From Candidatus Poriferisocius sp. (GTDB lineage Bacteria; Actinomycetota; Acidimicrobiia; Acidimicrobiales; Bin134), in the NCBI RefSeq assembly GCF_965219815.1, contig NZ_OZ244791.1:3500491-3564490 (forward strand): DNA of 64,000 bases, read 5' to 3'. A program made the translations under genes and the position numbers. Numbering within the stretch: position 1 is the first letter of the stretch; every line of letters starts with the position of its first letter. The notes below the pieces were generated by a model that saw only the letters and a list, made by a program, of their open reading frames with translations, made no database searches and was not told the origin of the DNA. Shown here one piece after another: positions 39,338 through 48,690 of this stretch.

Positions 39338-39735
39338 CAGGCCCGCCCCAGCACTGAATCCACCGCAATGATGATGGCCCGCCGGTCGGAACCCCGGTCT
39401 TTGGCCGGGCTGTAGCGCTCGCCGTAGCGGGCCACGGCATCAGCGCACTCATCCGGATCGGCGGTGACGGTGGCGTGACCCTCCAGGGTGACCCATCGAC
39501 CACCGTCAACCTGGCAAAGTGCGGCTCTGCCGCCCCCGGCCGCATCTAGCATGCGCACCTTCTTCGCCCCCGCCCAGGTGATGATGCGGGCGGTGGCGGT
39601 GGCGGAATCCCAGGTGAATCCTACCGGGGTCACATGGGGGGTGCCGTCGGGGCGCAGGATAGTGAGCGAGGCCAAATGGCGATCCCGGAGAAAGCCGTTC
39701 ATCTCGTCGGTGAGGTTGCGGGGATCGTGGGCCAT
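39337..39735 (-). CDS. pyridoxamine 5'-phosphate oxidase-fold (PPOX / F420-dependent class) protein
   Basis: Sequence MAHDPRNLTDEMNGFLRDRHLASLTILRPDGTPHVTPVGFTW is the typical split-barrel N-terminus. The ATG is at 39735. Confidence 0.8.
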   Translation of the reverse strand: MAHDPRNLTDEMNGFLRDRHLASLTILRPDGTPHVTPVGFTWDSATATARIITWAGAKKVRMLDAAGGGRAALCQVDGGRWVTLEGHATVTADPDECADAVARYGERYSPAKDRGSDRRAIIIAVDSVLGRA

Positions 39736-39739
39736 CAGC

Positions 39740-41797
39740 TCATGCCTCCTTGGTGAGCAGGGGCTCGGGCAACGGACGGGCGTACACAACCACCAGACGT
39801 TGAGTGGCCCGGGTCATGGCCACATACAGAGCTCGCATCCCCTTGGGGAGCTTCTCGCAGATGTCGGCCGGCTCCACCACGATGGCGGTGTCCACCTCAA
39901 GCCCCTTCACCAACTCCACCGGCACGATGGTCACCCGGGACTCCAGGCCTCGCTCATACACCAAACCGTGATCGACGTCGGCAGAGGTGAGGGCCTCAGA
40001 GATGGCATCGGCCAGTGCGTTGTGGCAGATCACCGCCAGGTTCCCGTTGGCCAACGCGCTGAGCTCGGCCTTTACCTCCCTGACGACGGCGGCGGTCAGG
40101 CTGCTGGGGCTGGGTTCGCTGTCTTGGACACTGCCTTGTCCGTTGCCCTGGCCGTTGCCGGAGGCTGGGGCTTGATGGGCAACCACGGGCACGAATCGGG
40201 GAGGGAGGCCCTCAGTGCGGATTGATTGAGGCGGAACCAGGCCGGGCATGGCGGCGTCGAGCACCTTGGCAGCCACTTCCATGATGGGCTCGGGTAGGCG
40301 ATACCCGATGGTCAACTCGGAAAATCGGGTGTCGACGTGGTCGGGGAGGTGCTCGATCACGCTGTCCCAGGAGTCGTGCCCCCATGCCGAGGTGGCCTGG
40401 GCGATGTCGCCTACCACGGTCATCGACCCGTTAAGCGAGCGGCGGCTGATCATCCGGAGCTGCATGGGCGACAGATCTTGGGCCTCATCCACCACGATGT
40501 GGCCGTAGGTGCGAATCGAGTCAGACAGCTTGTGGCCGGGCCGGGGGCCCAACAGGGCCAGGGCCTCATCCAACAAGGGGGCGTCGTCGGCCGTCCACAC
40601 CACTTCAGAGGCATGGGGTTGTCGGGAGCGGTAGAGCAGGTCGGTTTCCTCTGGAGTCAACACCGACGCCGTCGCTGAGCGGAGCAGCGCGGGAGAACCG
40701 AACAGGTCGTGCAGCAGGTGGGATGGGGTGAGCACTGGCCACATCCACTCCAGGGCCTCCCGCAGTTCGATGCTGCCGTGGAGTTGTTCGCGCACCGCCT
40801 CCATATCAGGAGCGGGGGAATCGGTGCGGGCGCCACTATCGGCCAGGTGCTGGTACACCTGTTCTTCCACAAAGCGACGGGCCCGGTTGTGGGTGCGGAA
40901 CCGCTTGCGGGCTTGGCGCACGATCTCGGCGCTCTGGTCCACGGTGAGCCGGAGCCGACGCAGGCCAAACCCCACCGTCACGTCGGCACGCAGCGGGCGC
41001 TGGCGATCCCGGCGAGCCCGGCGCAGCACCGTGATCATTCGCAGATCGCCCTTGATGCGGGAGATACGAGGGTTGTCTAGACCCTTGACCCGCGTACCAG
41101 GAAGCAGATCGGCCAGCATTGACACCTCCACGCCGGCCTCGCCCAGCGATGGAAGCACCTGCTCGATATAGGTCAAAAACAGGCGGTTGGGGCCGAGCAC
41201 CAGCATTCCCTGGCCTTCGAGGGGAAAGCGGTGGGTATAGAGCAGATAGGCGGCCCGGTGGAGAGCGGCCACCGTCTTGCCGGTGCCGGGACCGCCTTGC
41301 ACCACGAGGAGTCCGGACAGCGGGGAGCGGATAATGGCGTCCTGCTCGATCTGGATGGTGGCGGCCGCGTCGGCGAGGCGGCCGGTGCGGCCGGCTTCCA
41401 AACCGGCTCGAAGGGTGGCCTCCCCCACCAGCGGCATCCTGCCTCGGCCGTTGGTTTCGCCGAAGTACTCGTCTTCCACCCCCAGCAGCTCCCGGCCTCT
41501 GGTCACGAAGTGGCGGCGTCGGGACAGGCCCATGGGCTCGCTCCCGGTGGCTCGGTAGAAGGCCTCGGCCGCCGGGGCCCGCCAGTCGATGGTCACCGGC
41601 TCCTGGTCGTCATCCCACACCGCCACCCGGCCCACATAGAGCTGGTCGCCGCCCTGCTCATCGCTCCAGTCGAGGCGACCGAATACCAGCGAGGCGTCAC
41701 CGATGTCCAGAACGCTGAGGCGGGTGCTTATCGAATCCCAAATGATCTCCCGCTCATAGCGGGCCTGATGGGTGCCGCCCGCGCCCACCTCAACCAT
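39740..41797 (-). CDS. helD: HelD-like UvrD-family helicase (helicase IV / RNAP-associated)
   Basis: Contains VVQGGPGTGKTVAALHRAAYLLY, VVDEAQDLSPMQ and YVAMTRATQRL, with an N-terminal extension as in HelD. Confidence 0.85.
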   Translation of the reverse strand: MVEVGAGGTHQARYEREIIWDSISTRLSVLDIGDASLVFGRLDWSDEQGGDQLYVGRVAVWDDDQEPVTIDWRAPAAEAFYRATGSEPMGLSRRRHFVTRGRELLGVEDEYFGETNGRGRMPLVGEATLRAGLEAGRTGRLADAAATIQIEQDAIIRSPLSGLLVVQGGPGTGKTVAALHRAAYLLYTHRFPLEGQGMLVLGPNRLFLTYIEQVLPSLGEAGVEVSMLADLLPGTRVKGLDNPRISRIKGDLRMITVLRRARRDRQRPLRADVTVGFGLRRLRLTVDQSAEIVRQARKRFRTHNRARRFVEEQVYQHLADSGARTDSPAPDMEAVREQLHGSIELREALEWMWPVLTPSHLLHDLFGSPALLRSATASVLTPEETDLLYRSRQPHASEVVWTADDAPLLDEALALLGPRPGHKLSDSIRTYGHIVVDEAQDLSPMQLRMISRRSLNGSMTVVGDIAQATSAWGHDSWDSVIEHLPDHVDTRFSELTIGYRLPEPIMEVAAKVLDAAMPGLVPPQSIRTEGLPPRFVPVVAHQAPASGNGQGNGQGSVQDSEPSPSSLTAAVVREVKAELSALANGNLAVICHNALADAISEALTSADVDHGLVYERGLESRVTIVPVELVKGLEVDTAIVVEPADICEKLPKGMRALYVAMTRATQRLVVVYARPLPEPLLTKEA

Positions 41798-41988
41798 CCC
41801 CTTAAGCGACAGCGCCCGCTCCCGGGCCGTCTCAAGGGCTTGGTGGGCCCGATCGATATATGTCTGTTCCGCGGCGTGATCCGGATGAATCGGAGACTCC
41901 TCAGACTGAGTTCAAAACCAGTGAACGTTCAAGTCTAATACGAAATTGACGGGTTAGGGCGTGGCAGGCTCGCCGATCTCCGTGAGAC

Positions 41989-44900
41989 TCAGGATGGTTC
42001 AAAGATGAGCTCGGGCACCACGACCTCCCATGTGTCGCTCTTGAGCTGCTCTTGGTATTGCGGCTCTGAGTGCTGACGGCCCCAGGAAGCAATAGCCAGA
42101 ACCGTGGCACCGGTGCAGGTCATACCCTCTGGTGGTTTGAATGACTTGGCCAGCGTCCCCACCACCACCCCGGCATCATCGAGCAGTTCCCACCTTTCTG
42201 ACTTCAGCTGCACCTGTAGCGGGTCATTTGGCAAGAGCGCAGCAAGAGCGCGATGCACCCGATGGTCGGGTGGCATTCGACCCGCGAAGCTCAGGTAGAC
42301 GTTCTTCAAATTCAACTGTCGATAGTGGCGGGCCAACTCTATTGGCGGTGGTGGAACCGCGATGGGCTCTCGCCACTTCACCGCTGTGCTACTCCGCAGC
42401 GCCTCCTGCATCGCATTTGGTTTGCCGAGGTACCCGAGGGCAAGGGTTTGGCGGGCCCGGGTCATGGCCACGTAGTACAGGCGGCGCTCGGCGTCAGGGT
42501 CTTGATCTTGTCCGCCGCGGTCCCAGCCACCGTCAAGCACCACAACGTGATCGAACTCAAGTCCCTTTGCCCTATGGGCGGTGCAAAGCAGTATTCCTCG
42601 CTGGCGCCGGCGCACCTCGCGCCCCCATTCGGCCAGCCATTCTCTGAATGTGTCCACTGGAACCTGGCCTGAACCGAACTCCATCTGGTGCTCGTCAACG
42701 GCATCCTTCAAGAGTTCAGTCCAAGGGGTGGGCTCTTGTTTGCTCACCCAGTTGCACAAGTCGGAATTGACGATCCACTGAGAATCGCGCTCGCGGAGCC
42801 AATCCAAGAGGGCCTGGGTCTCGCGAAGATGCCAAACGCTGGGGAGTTCTTCGTTCGCCATCTGAACCGGTATGCCGTCAAGCTCGCAGATGCTGCGAAT
42901 TGGTTGCAGATAGTTCCACTCCCTAGCAATCACGGCACAGGTTGACCAATCCCAGTCTGACGAGAGGCTTGCCATTCGCTGGAGCTCGGCCATAACCGCC
43001 TGCCCCTGCGCCTGTGAGCCCGCGTCGCGTCTGGCGGTCAGGATTTGAACCCTCCCACCACCTATGGGATCGCGCTCGGCCCAAATGCCGCCCGGTGGGT
43101 ATTTGGCGCGCTGTTTGTCGATTCGGATCTCGTTGTCCCGCTTCATGCGATCTTGTGCTGGCTCGATAACCGCATTGGCGGCCTTGATGATGTGTTGGGT
43201 AGATCGGTAGTTGTCGGTGAGGAAGGCGGGTTTGGCTTCGTAGTCCTGTTCAAAGTTGCGAATGAACTGCACCGACGAACCCTTGAAGGCATAGATGTTC
43301 TGGTCGTCGTCGCCCACCGCGAACAAGGTCAGCTTGGCATCGGCGTCTGCTTGAGTCCGGCCAGCTAGGGCCGAGATGAGGTCGTACTCGTCGCGGCCGA
43401 CATCTTGGTATTCGTCCACCAGAATCCAGCGGAACCCCGCCAGCAGCCGGGCCCGCGACTCCTCTGCCTCCTCCTCTGTTGCCAGCCCTTCGCCATGCAG
43501 CAGGGCAGTGGCCTGCCTGAGGATGTCTTGGAACTGCTCACTTTCGGGGCGGTCGGCCCGCTCGGCGAAGCTGGTGCCAACAAGCCTCATGGCCAGGGCG
43601 TGGCAGGTAAGCACCAGCACCCTTCGCGAGTCGTCTCCAACCAACTCAGCAAGTCGGCGACGTATCTCAACTGCGGCATGCCGGTTGTAGGCCAAGGCAA
43701 GGATGCCCCGAGGGTCTTCGCGCCTCACTCGAACTAGATAAGCGATTCGATGTACCAGCACCCGGGTTTTTCCTGAGCCGGGCCCGGCCAGCACCAGCAC
43801 GTTCGTGGTCTCGCGGTCGTCGGCCACTAGGCGTCGCTGAGAGGGATTCTTCAGGCTCTCGACGATGTTGTGCCACGACTCTGGAGAGGTTTGGCGGGAC
43901 AACTCTCGTTCACGATCAGGGAGCCAGCGGCGAATGAACTCTTCGTCGCCGAGAGCGAAGTAATCGAGAGATAGACGCAAGGCGTCAGCCATGTCCTGGA
44001 GGCCCCGCTGCGCGAATTCGGCCATGACATGTATCTGGCGCACTGTTTGGTCGTAGTGAATCTGTAGAGACTGAAAGTCGGCGTTGGCGAAGCCACGTTG
44101 TTTGTGCCTCGCTTCCAGGCGGATGGTCATCGCCGGGCGGAACACGGTGAGGCCCTTATTGAGCCTTATGACCTCCAATTCATGCAGCCACATGAGGGAG
44201 CGGTCCACAAGCTTGCGAACGTCGTTCACCTGCCCCCTCAGGGTTAGATCGCTGTCTACCGATCTAACCAGCTCCCCCAGCGTGGTTTCAGCCAGCAAAT
44301 CGGTCCCGCGACGCTTGCCCGGCGGCAACCTCGACAGGAGGTGCTCAAGCAGACGCTTCGCACCAGAACGCCGGCGCTGGGCAATGTCGGCAAGGGAGCG
44401 CCACTCTCGCTTTAACGTCACCCAAACGCTCTCGGCGTCGAGCTTGTTCACGCTGATGCTGCCGCCGACACCCCTCTCGCCCCGTCCGTCGCCGGCGATT
44501 CCGCGCAGGATGCGAGTCACGTACTCAGGACGAACATTGTCGTGGCCGTCGTCTTTGATCCTCTGGGTGGCCACCCGAAGGTTCAGCGGCGCGCTGTCAC
44601 CCACTCCCATATCGGGGGCCATCTCTTGCATGAGGCTTATGAGCTTCTCCTCCACTGCGGCCGCCTCGGCGAATCGCTTCTTCGAACTCCGCGTGACGCC
44701 GGCGTGGACGAAAGCGGTCAACCCGGTTTCATTGCTGGCGATTCCAAAGTTCTCCAGGTCATGGAGCGCGCCTCGCAACCGTTTGGGTTCGAAACCGATT
44801 GTGCTCATCAGCACGTCGGTGGAAATGCCCTCGTCGGGGTCGGCTTCGATCAGCGCCTTCACGATGGCGAGGAGTTGGGCGCGGTAGCCATCGCTGATCG

Positions 44901-47202
44901 GCTTGGCGTCGAGCTTCTTCCGGGCCTCCTCGACCGTGCTCACCTGTAGCGAAGACGGGAAGACTCTGACTCGGTTTTCCTCCCGAGTGAGCAACTCTGA
45001 CTCCTCCAACCAGGCGAGGGCGGTCCGTCCTCGGGTGTCGTCGGTAGCAGAATCCCGCCGGAATTCCTTGTCTTCGTCTTCGATGAGGATCTCTCCCATG
45101 GTGGCGACCACTTCGTCGCTCTTGTTGCGACGACCCAGCCGGCGCAGGGCTCGAAGGACCCCGTGAATGTCGCGCCGGGTTAGCCGGGAGCGAGCAGACA
45201 TGCCGAACTGCCGCTCCACATCGTCTTTGGTGTAGAGCAGCACACAATGGGCTTCTTGCTGGTCTCTCCCCGCACGCCCTGCCTCTTGCAAGTAGTTCTC
45301 CAACGACGACGGTATGTCAGCGTGGATCACCAACCGGACATCGGGCTTGTCGATACCCATTCCGAAGGCGTTGGTGGCGGCGATCACCCGCAGATCACCC
45401 CTGATGAACTCGTCTTGGACGGTCTTCTTCTCCTCGGGCTGCAACCCCGCGTGGAAGCGGTCGGCTGAGACCTCGTGCTCTCGCAGGTAATTCGCCAGTT
45501 CTTCGGTCCGCCGCCGCGTGGCGCAATACACGATCGCGCCGCCTTGGCGGTCTGGGGGCAAGTGCTTGGCCAAGATCATGTGAATGTCGTTGGACTTCTG
45601 GGATCTGGTGGTCTCCACCACCACAAAATCAAGGTTCGTTCGGCGACTGCCACCGTCGAAGTCGTGCAACATGATGCCGAGCTTGTCCCTGAAGTAATCC
45701 AGGATCTCTTCTTTGACCCCCGGTTTGGCCGTGGCAGTCAGGCACATAACTGGGGGAATCAACCCGCCTTCGGCCCGTTCATCGATGAAGCGCCCCACAT
45801 AGCGATAATCGGGGCGGAAGTCATGGCCCCACTTGGAGAGGCAGTGAGCCTCGTCGAGAACCCAGGCACCTATTTCGCGTTGTTCCAAGGCCCGTCGAAA
45901 CGAGACGCTGCGCAACTGCTCGGGAGAGATCAATACGATGGATGCGTCTCCCAGCCTGAGCTTTTCCAGTGCATCGGCTCGCTCTGGCATTGACAACAGG
46001 CCGTTTATCGTGATGCAGGAGTCGATGCTATGGGCTTCTAGTCCGGCAACCTGGTCGACCATCAGAGCCACCAACGGTGAGATGACCACGGTTACTGCCC
46101 CGGTCTTCTCGTATCGTGAAAGGGCCGGTATCTGGTAGCACAACGACTTGCCCGTACCCGTGGGCAGGATTCCCAGAACATGGCGACCCTCCATTGCTGA
46201 CTCGACAATGGACTGCTGTAATGAATGTCCTTGCCGTTCCGGGTCTTCCGGTTCTGGTCTGAAGGCGTCGAAGCCAAAGAAACGCTTCAGTTCCTCAGAG
46301 GCATTGTGGCGCTCTCGGCACCAGGGACATCCCCGGTCGGGGCATCTGCGATCACGGAGTCGTCGAACCAGTTGCCCGGCCTTGGGAAACTGGTGCCTAA
46401 CCCAAGATGGCATGACCGAGTTGCCCCCTGCTACCGACAGCCACGCCAAGGCATAGGCGAGCGGCCAACTGTGCTGATCGGCTGATGCGATGGCTTCGTT
46501 GGCATACGTGCGGCAGGCGATGTGTTCGAGGCGGGCCTGGATCGCCTCCCGGCCCTCCGCATCGGATGGCCGGGGTGATCTACGTAAGCACTCGAAGAAA
46601 AAGTCGAAGCCGGTTTCGGGCTGCCCCCCCGTGAGCCAGTGCCAGGCGGCCAGTAGGTCGGATGGTGCCTCCAGCAGCTTTTTTTGCTGGTTAGAGAAGA
46701 CCTGCAAAGCCAGTTCGGCGTCTTGTTTCGGGTCGTTCTTGCGCTCAGAGTTGAGCTGCCCGTCTTGATAATGCTTGACCAGATGGTGGTATGGGTTGCG
46801 AGGAAAGGCGAGTGGATTGAGCCACAGCGTGTCTATTGCCGGCAGTCGCAGCAGGCGCAGATCGGGCTTTTTGGCTTGCAGTCGGGGCAAGTCGAAGTCG
46901 ATGAGATTGTGATTGAGCAAGAAATCTGCACCTTTGGCGAGATCGTCTAGCTCAGCCAGCGCCTGTTCAAACCGGCGGCCCCCTGAGGGGAATACAACGG
47001 ACTTCCCGGTATCACGGCGTACTCCGGCAAAGGCGTGGATGTGCTCGGTTTCCTTCGATACCTCAAGGTCGATGGCAAGGCAGCGAGACAGTCTCATGAG
47101 AAGACGCTGGGCTTCGATCTTGCTGCTCAGACCATCAGCAACGTCAGATCCAACACGACTGGAGGTGTTTTCGACGGCTTGAGCAACTCCCTCTTCGGTC
47201 AC
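41989..47202 (-). CDS. 1737-aa multidomain protein: DnaQ-like 3'-5' exonuclease, RecQ-family helicase core and UvrD-like helicase
   Basis: Exonuclease motifs AIDLEV and NHNLIDFDLPRL. RecQ core: LPTGTGKSLCYQIPA, VLDEAHCLSKWGHDFRPDY, TNAFGMGIDKPDVRLVIH, QEAGRAGRD. UvrD part: VLAGPGSGKTRVLVHRIAYL, ILVDEYQDV, DNYRST, HRAKGLEFD, YVAMTRARQ. The start is GTG at 47202. Confidence 0.9.
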   Translation of the reverse strand: MTEEGVAQAVENTSSRVGSDVADGLSSKIEAQRLLMRLSRCLAIDLEVSKETEHIHAFAGVRRDTGKSVVFPSGGRRFEQALAELDDLAKGADFLLNHNLIDFDLPRLQAKKPDLRLLRLPAIDTLWLNPLAFPRNPYHHLVKHYQDGQLNSERKNDPKQDAELALQVFSNQQKKLLEAPSDLLAAWHWLTGGQPETGFDFFFECLRRSPRPSDAEGREAIQARLEHIACRTYANEAIASADQHSWPLAYALAWLSVAGGNSVMPSWVRHQFPKAGQLVRRLRDRRCPDRGCPWCRERHNASEELKRFFGFDAFRPEPEDPERQGHSLQQSIVESAMEGRHVLGILPTGTGKSLCYQIPALSRYEKTGAVTVVISPLVALMVDQVAGLEAHSIDSCITINGLLSMPERADALEKLRLGDASIVLISPEQLRSVSFRRALEQREIGAWVLDEAHCLSKWGHDFRPDYRYVGRFIDERAEGGLIPPVMCLTATAKPGVKEEILDYFRDKLGIMLHDFDGGSRRTNLDFVVVETTRSQKSNDIHMILAKHLPPDRQGGAIVYCATRRRTEELANYLREHEVSADRFHAGLQPEEKKTVQDEFIRGDLRVIAATNAFGMGIDKPDVRLVIHADIPSSLENYLQEAGRAGRDQQEAHCVLLYTKDDVERQFGMSARSRLTRRDIHGVLRALRRLGRRNKSDEVVATMGEILIEDEDKEFRRDSATDDTRGRTALAWLEESELLTREENRVRVFPSSLQVSTVEEARKKLDAKPISDGYRAQLLAIVKALIEADPDEGISTDVLMSTIGFEPKRLRGALHDLENFGIASNETGLTAFVHAGVTRSSKKRFAEAAAVEEKLISLMQEMAPDMGVGDSAPLNLRVATQRIKDDGHDNVRPEYVTRILRGIAGDGRGERGVGGSISVNKLDAESVWVTLKREWRSLADIAQRRRSGAKRLLEHLLSRLPPGKRRGTDLLAETTLGELVRSVDSDLTLRGQVNDVRKLVDRSLMWLHELEVIRLNKGLTVFRPAMTIRLEARHKQRGFANADFQSLQIHYDQTVRQIHVMAEFAQRGLQDMADALRLSLDYFALGDEEFIRRWLPDRERELSRQTSPESWHNIVESLKNPSQRRLVADDRETTNVLVLAGPGSGKTRVLVHRIAYLVRVRREDPRGILALAYNRHAAVEIRRRLAELVGDDSRRVLVLTCHALAMRLVGTSFAERADRPESEQFQDILRQATALLHGEGLATEEEAEESRARLLAGFRWILVDEYQDVGRDEYDLISALAGRTQADADAKLTLFAVGDDDQNIYAFKGSSVQFIRNFEQDYEAKPAFLTDNYRSTQHIIKAANAVIEPAQDRMKRDNEIRIDKQRAKYPPGGIWAERDPIGGGRVQILTARRDAGSQAQGQAVMAELQRMASLSSDWDWSTCAVIAREWNYLQPIRSICELDGIPVQMANEELPSVWHLRETQALLDWLRERDSQWIVNSDLCNWVSKQEPTPWTELLKDAVDEHQMEFGSGQVPVDTFREWLAEWGREVRRRQRGILLCTAHRAKGLEFDHVVVLDGGWDRGGQDQDPDAERRLYYVAMTRARQTLALGYLGKPNAMQEALRSSTAVKWREPIAVPPPPIELARHYRQLNLKNVYLSFAGRMPPDHRVHRALAALLPNDPLQVQLKSERWELLDDAGVVVGTLAKSFKPPEGMTCTGATVLAIASWGRQHSEPQYQEQLKSDTWEVVVPELIFEPS

Positions 47203-47275
47203 AGTGCGGCGGCCTGCCTAATCGTGTCCGGCAGACAATTCTTGTGGCACGGTGGGGATGCTAGACGTTGACAGT

Positions 47276-47297
47276 TATGTGTCGGCTATGTGTCGGC
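47276..47297. repeat. tandem 11-bp repeat TATGTGTCGGC x2 in the divergent intergenic region
   Basis: Read directly. Neighbouring short inverted repeats are CTCGAC/GTCGAG (47313/47327) and TTTCTC/GAGAAA (47362/47377). Confidence 0.8.
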
Positions 47298-47424
47298 TTT
47301 GCCCTGCCAACACTCGACTGAAAATTGTCGAGATTCATATGTTTTGACTGCAAATTGGATGTTTCTCATTGTTCACGAGAAATGTCATGTAGATACTGTC
47401 ACTGGTGTCGGTAGACTGGTGGGC

Positions 47425-48591
47425 ATGGAATCTGGGACGTTGACCAGGCGAAACGCCAGCACTGGCGTGCATGTTGATGCGGTGGAGATCGCCGGGTTGG
47501 ACGATGCTTCCCTGGATTTGCGGTTGCGTCAGATCGGGCGGGCTCGGAATCAGTTGGATGGGTTCTTGGCGGAGGCGGTGGCGGAAAAGAAGCGACGCAC
47601 CAGCCCGTATGACACGGCCAACACATTGAAATCTGAGCTCCGCCAGTCGGGCCAGCAGGCCCAACGCACCATGCGCGACGCTGAACAGTTGGAATCGCTG
47701 GCGGCCACTCGGGGAGCGCTCTCTGACAGCCGCATCACCTCCGAGCACGCCCGCATCCTGGGAACTGCGGCACAAGCAGGGCCCCTGGACGAGGACAAGA
47801 TGCTGGCCGCGGCCGAGCACCAGACCCCCGAGCAATTGCGGCGCACGGTACGCGAGCACCAAGACGAGATGTCTGGCGATACAGACGGTGCCAAGCGGCT
47901 CGAGCGCCAACGGAGAAAACGCACCGCCAGCTTCACCGAGCAGGACGACGGCATGTGGCGACTGTTCGCTCTGTTCGACCCGGTCGCTGCGCAAGGCATC
48001 CGGGCTGCGCTCAACCACAAGACCGACATGGCCTGGCACGCCACCACCGGCCGTGAGCGGCTCGAAGCCCGCCATCGCCGGGCCGATGCAATCTCTGGGC
48101 TGCTGACCCGTACTTCAGACGGAGAGACCGAGCAGCCCCAGCCGACCAGCCTGTTGATCCTGGCCGACTACGACGCCATCGACCGTCAACTTGGCAATCC
48201 TCGGTTGGCCGATGGCACCCCGTTGCCTCAAGATGAGTTCCGCAAGCTGGCCTGCGACGCCGAAATCCTCACCGGGATCTTCGATGCCGACCTGCAATGC
48301 CTCTCACTGGGCCGCCAACGCCACCCCAGTCCCCAACTTCGAGCCGCCATTACTGCTCGGGACCAAGGCTGCATCGGCTGTCGAGCCGAGCCCGAGTGGT
48401 GCGTCTCCCACCACATCATCCACTGGCAAGACGACGGCCCCACCCAATCCGACAACCTCGTGCAGCTCTGCCACGACTGCCACCACAAAGTCCACCACCG
48501 CAACTGGGATGTCGAACATCACCCCGACACCGGCCGCCCCCACCTACGACCCCCCTGGCAACAACCCCCCGAACCACCGCCCAGACGCTGA
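47425..48591 (+). CDS. DUF222-type HNH endonuclease (actinobacterial 13E12-repeat-like family)
   Basis: The N-terminal DUF222-like helical region (LDGFLAEAV...) is followed by a C-terminal HNH (CIGCRAEPEWCVSHHIIHWQDDGPTQSDNLVQLCHDCHHKVHH). ATG 47425 is chosen as the start. Confidence 0.85.
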   Translation: MESGTLTRRNASTGVHVDAVEIAGLDDASLDLRLRQIGRARNQLDGFLAEAVAEKKRRTSPYDTANTLKSELRQSGQQAQRTMRDAEQLESLAATRGALSDSRITSEHARILGTAAQAGPLDEDKMLAAAEHQTPEQLRRTVREHQDEMSGDTDGAKRLERQRRKRTASFTEQDDGMWRLFALFDPVAAQGIRAALNHKTDMAWHATTGRERLEARHRRADAISGLLTRTSDGETEQPQPTSLLILADYDAIDRQLGNPRLADGTPLPQDEFRKLACDAEILTGIFDADLQCLSLGRQRHPSPQLRAAITARDQGCIGCRAEPEWCVSHHIIHWQDDGPTQSDNLVQLCHDCHHKVHHRNWDVEHHPDTGRPHLRPPWQQPPEPPPRR

Positions 48592-48654
48592 CAGATCGCC
48601 GCCTGAGGAGCGCTTTCTGGCACGTCAAGAAGCCAGGACAATCCATAGCGGTTG

Positions 48655-48690
48655 CCATATATATACGGTTATAATACCGTACTTATATGG
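48655..48690. promoter_or_regulatory. imperfect 15-bp inverted repeat flanking a TATAAT box; candidate promoter/operator of the toxin-antitoxin pair
   Basis: CCATATATATACGGT (48655-48669), TATAAT (48670-48675), ACCGTACTTATATGG (48676-48690). Thirteen of 15 positions are complementary. The right arm contains the antitoxin ATG (48687), implying a leader of only a few nt. Confidence 0.45.

Noticed and set aside
41798-41988. The intergenic stretch between the giant helicase stop and the helD start, considered as a possible small RNA or attachment site.
   Set aside because: No convincing hairpin terminator, tRNA-like structure or repeat shared with the other island edge could be seen. It is most likely just the helD promoter region.
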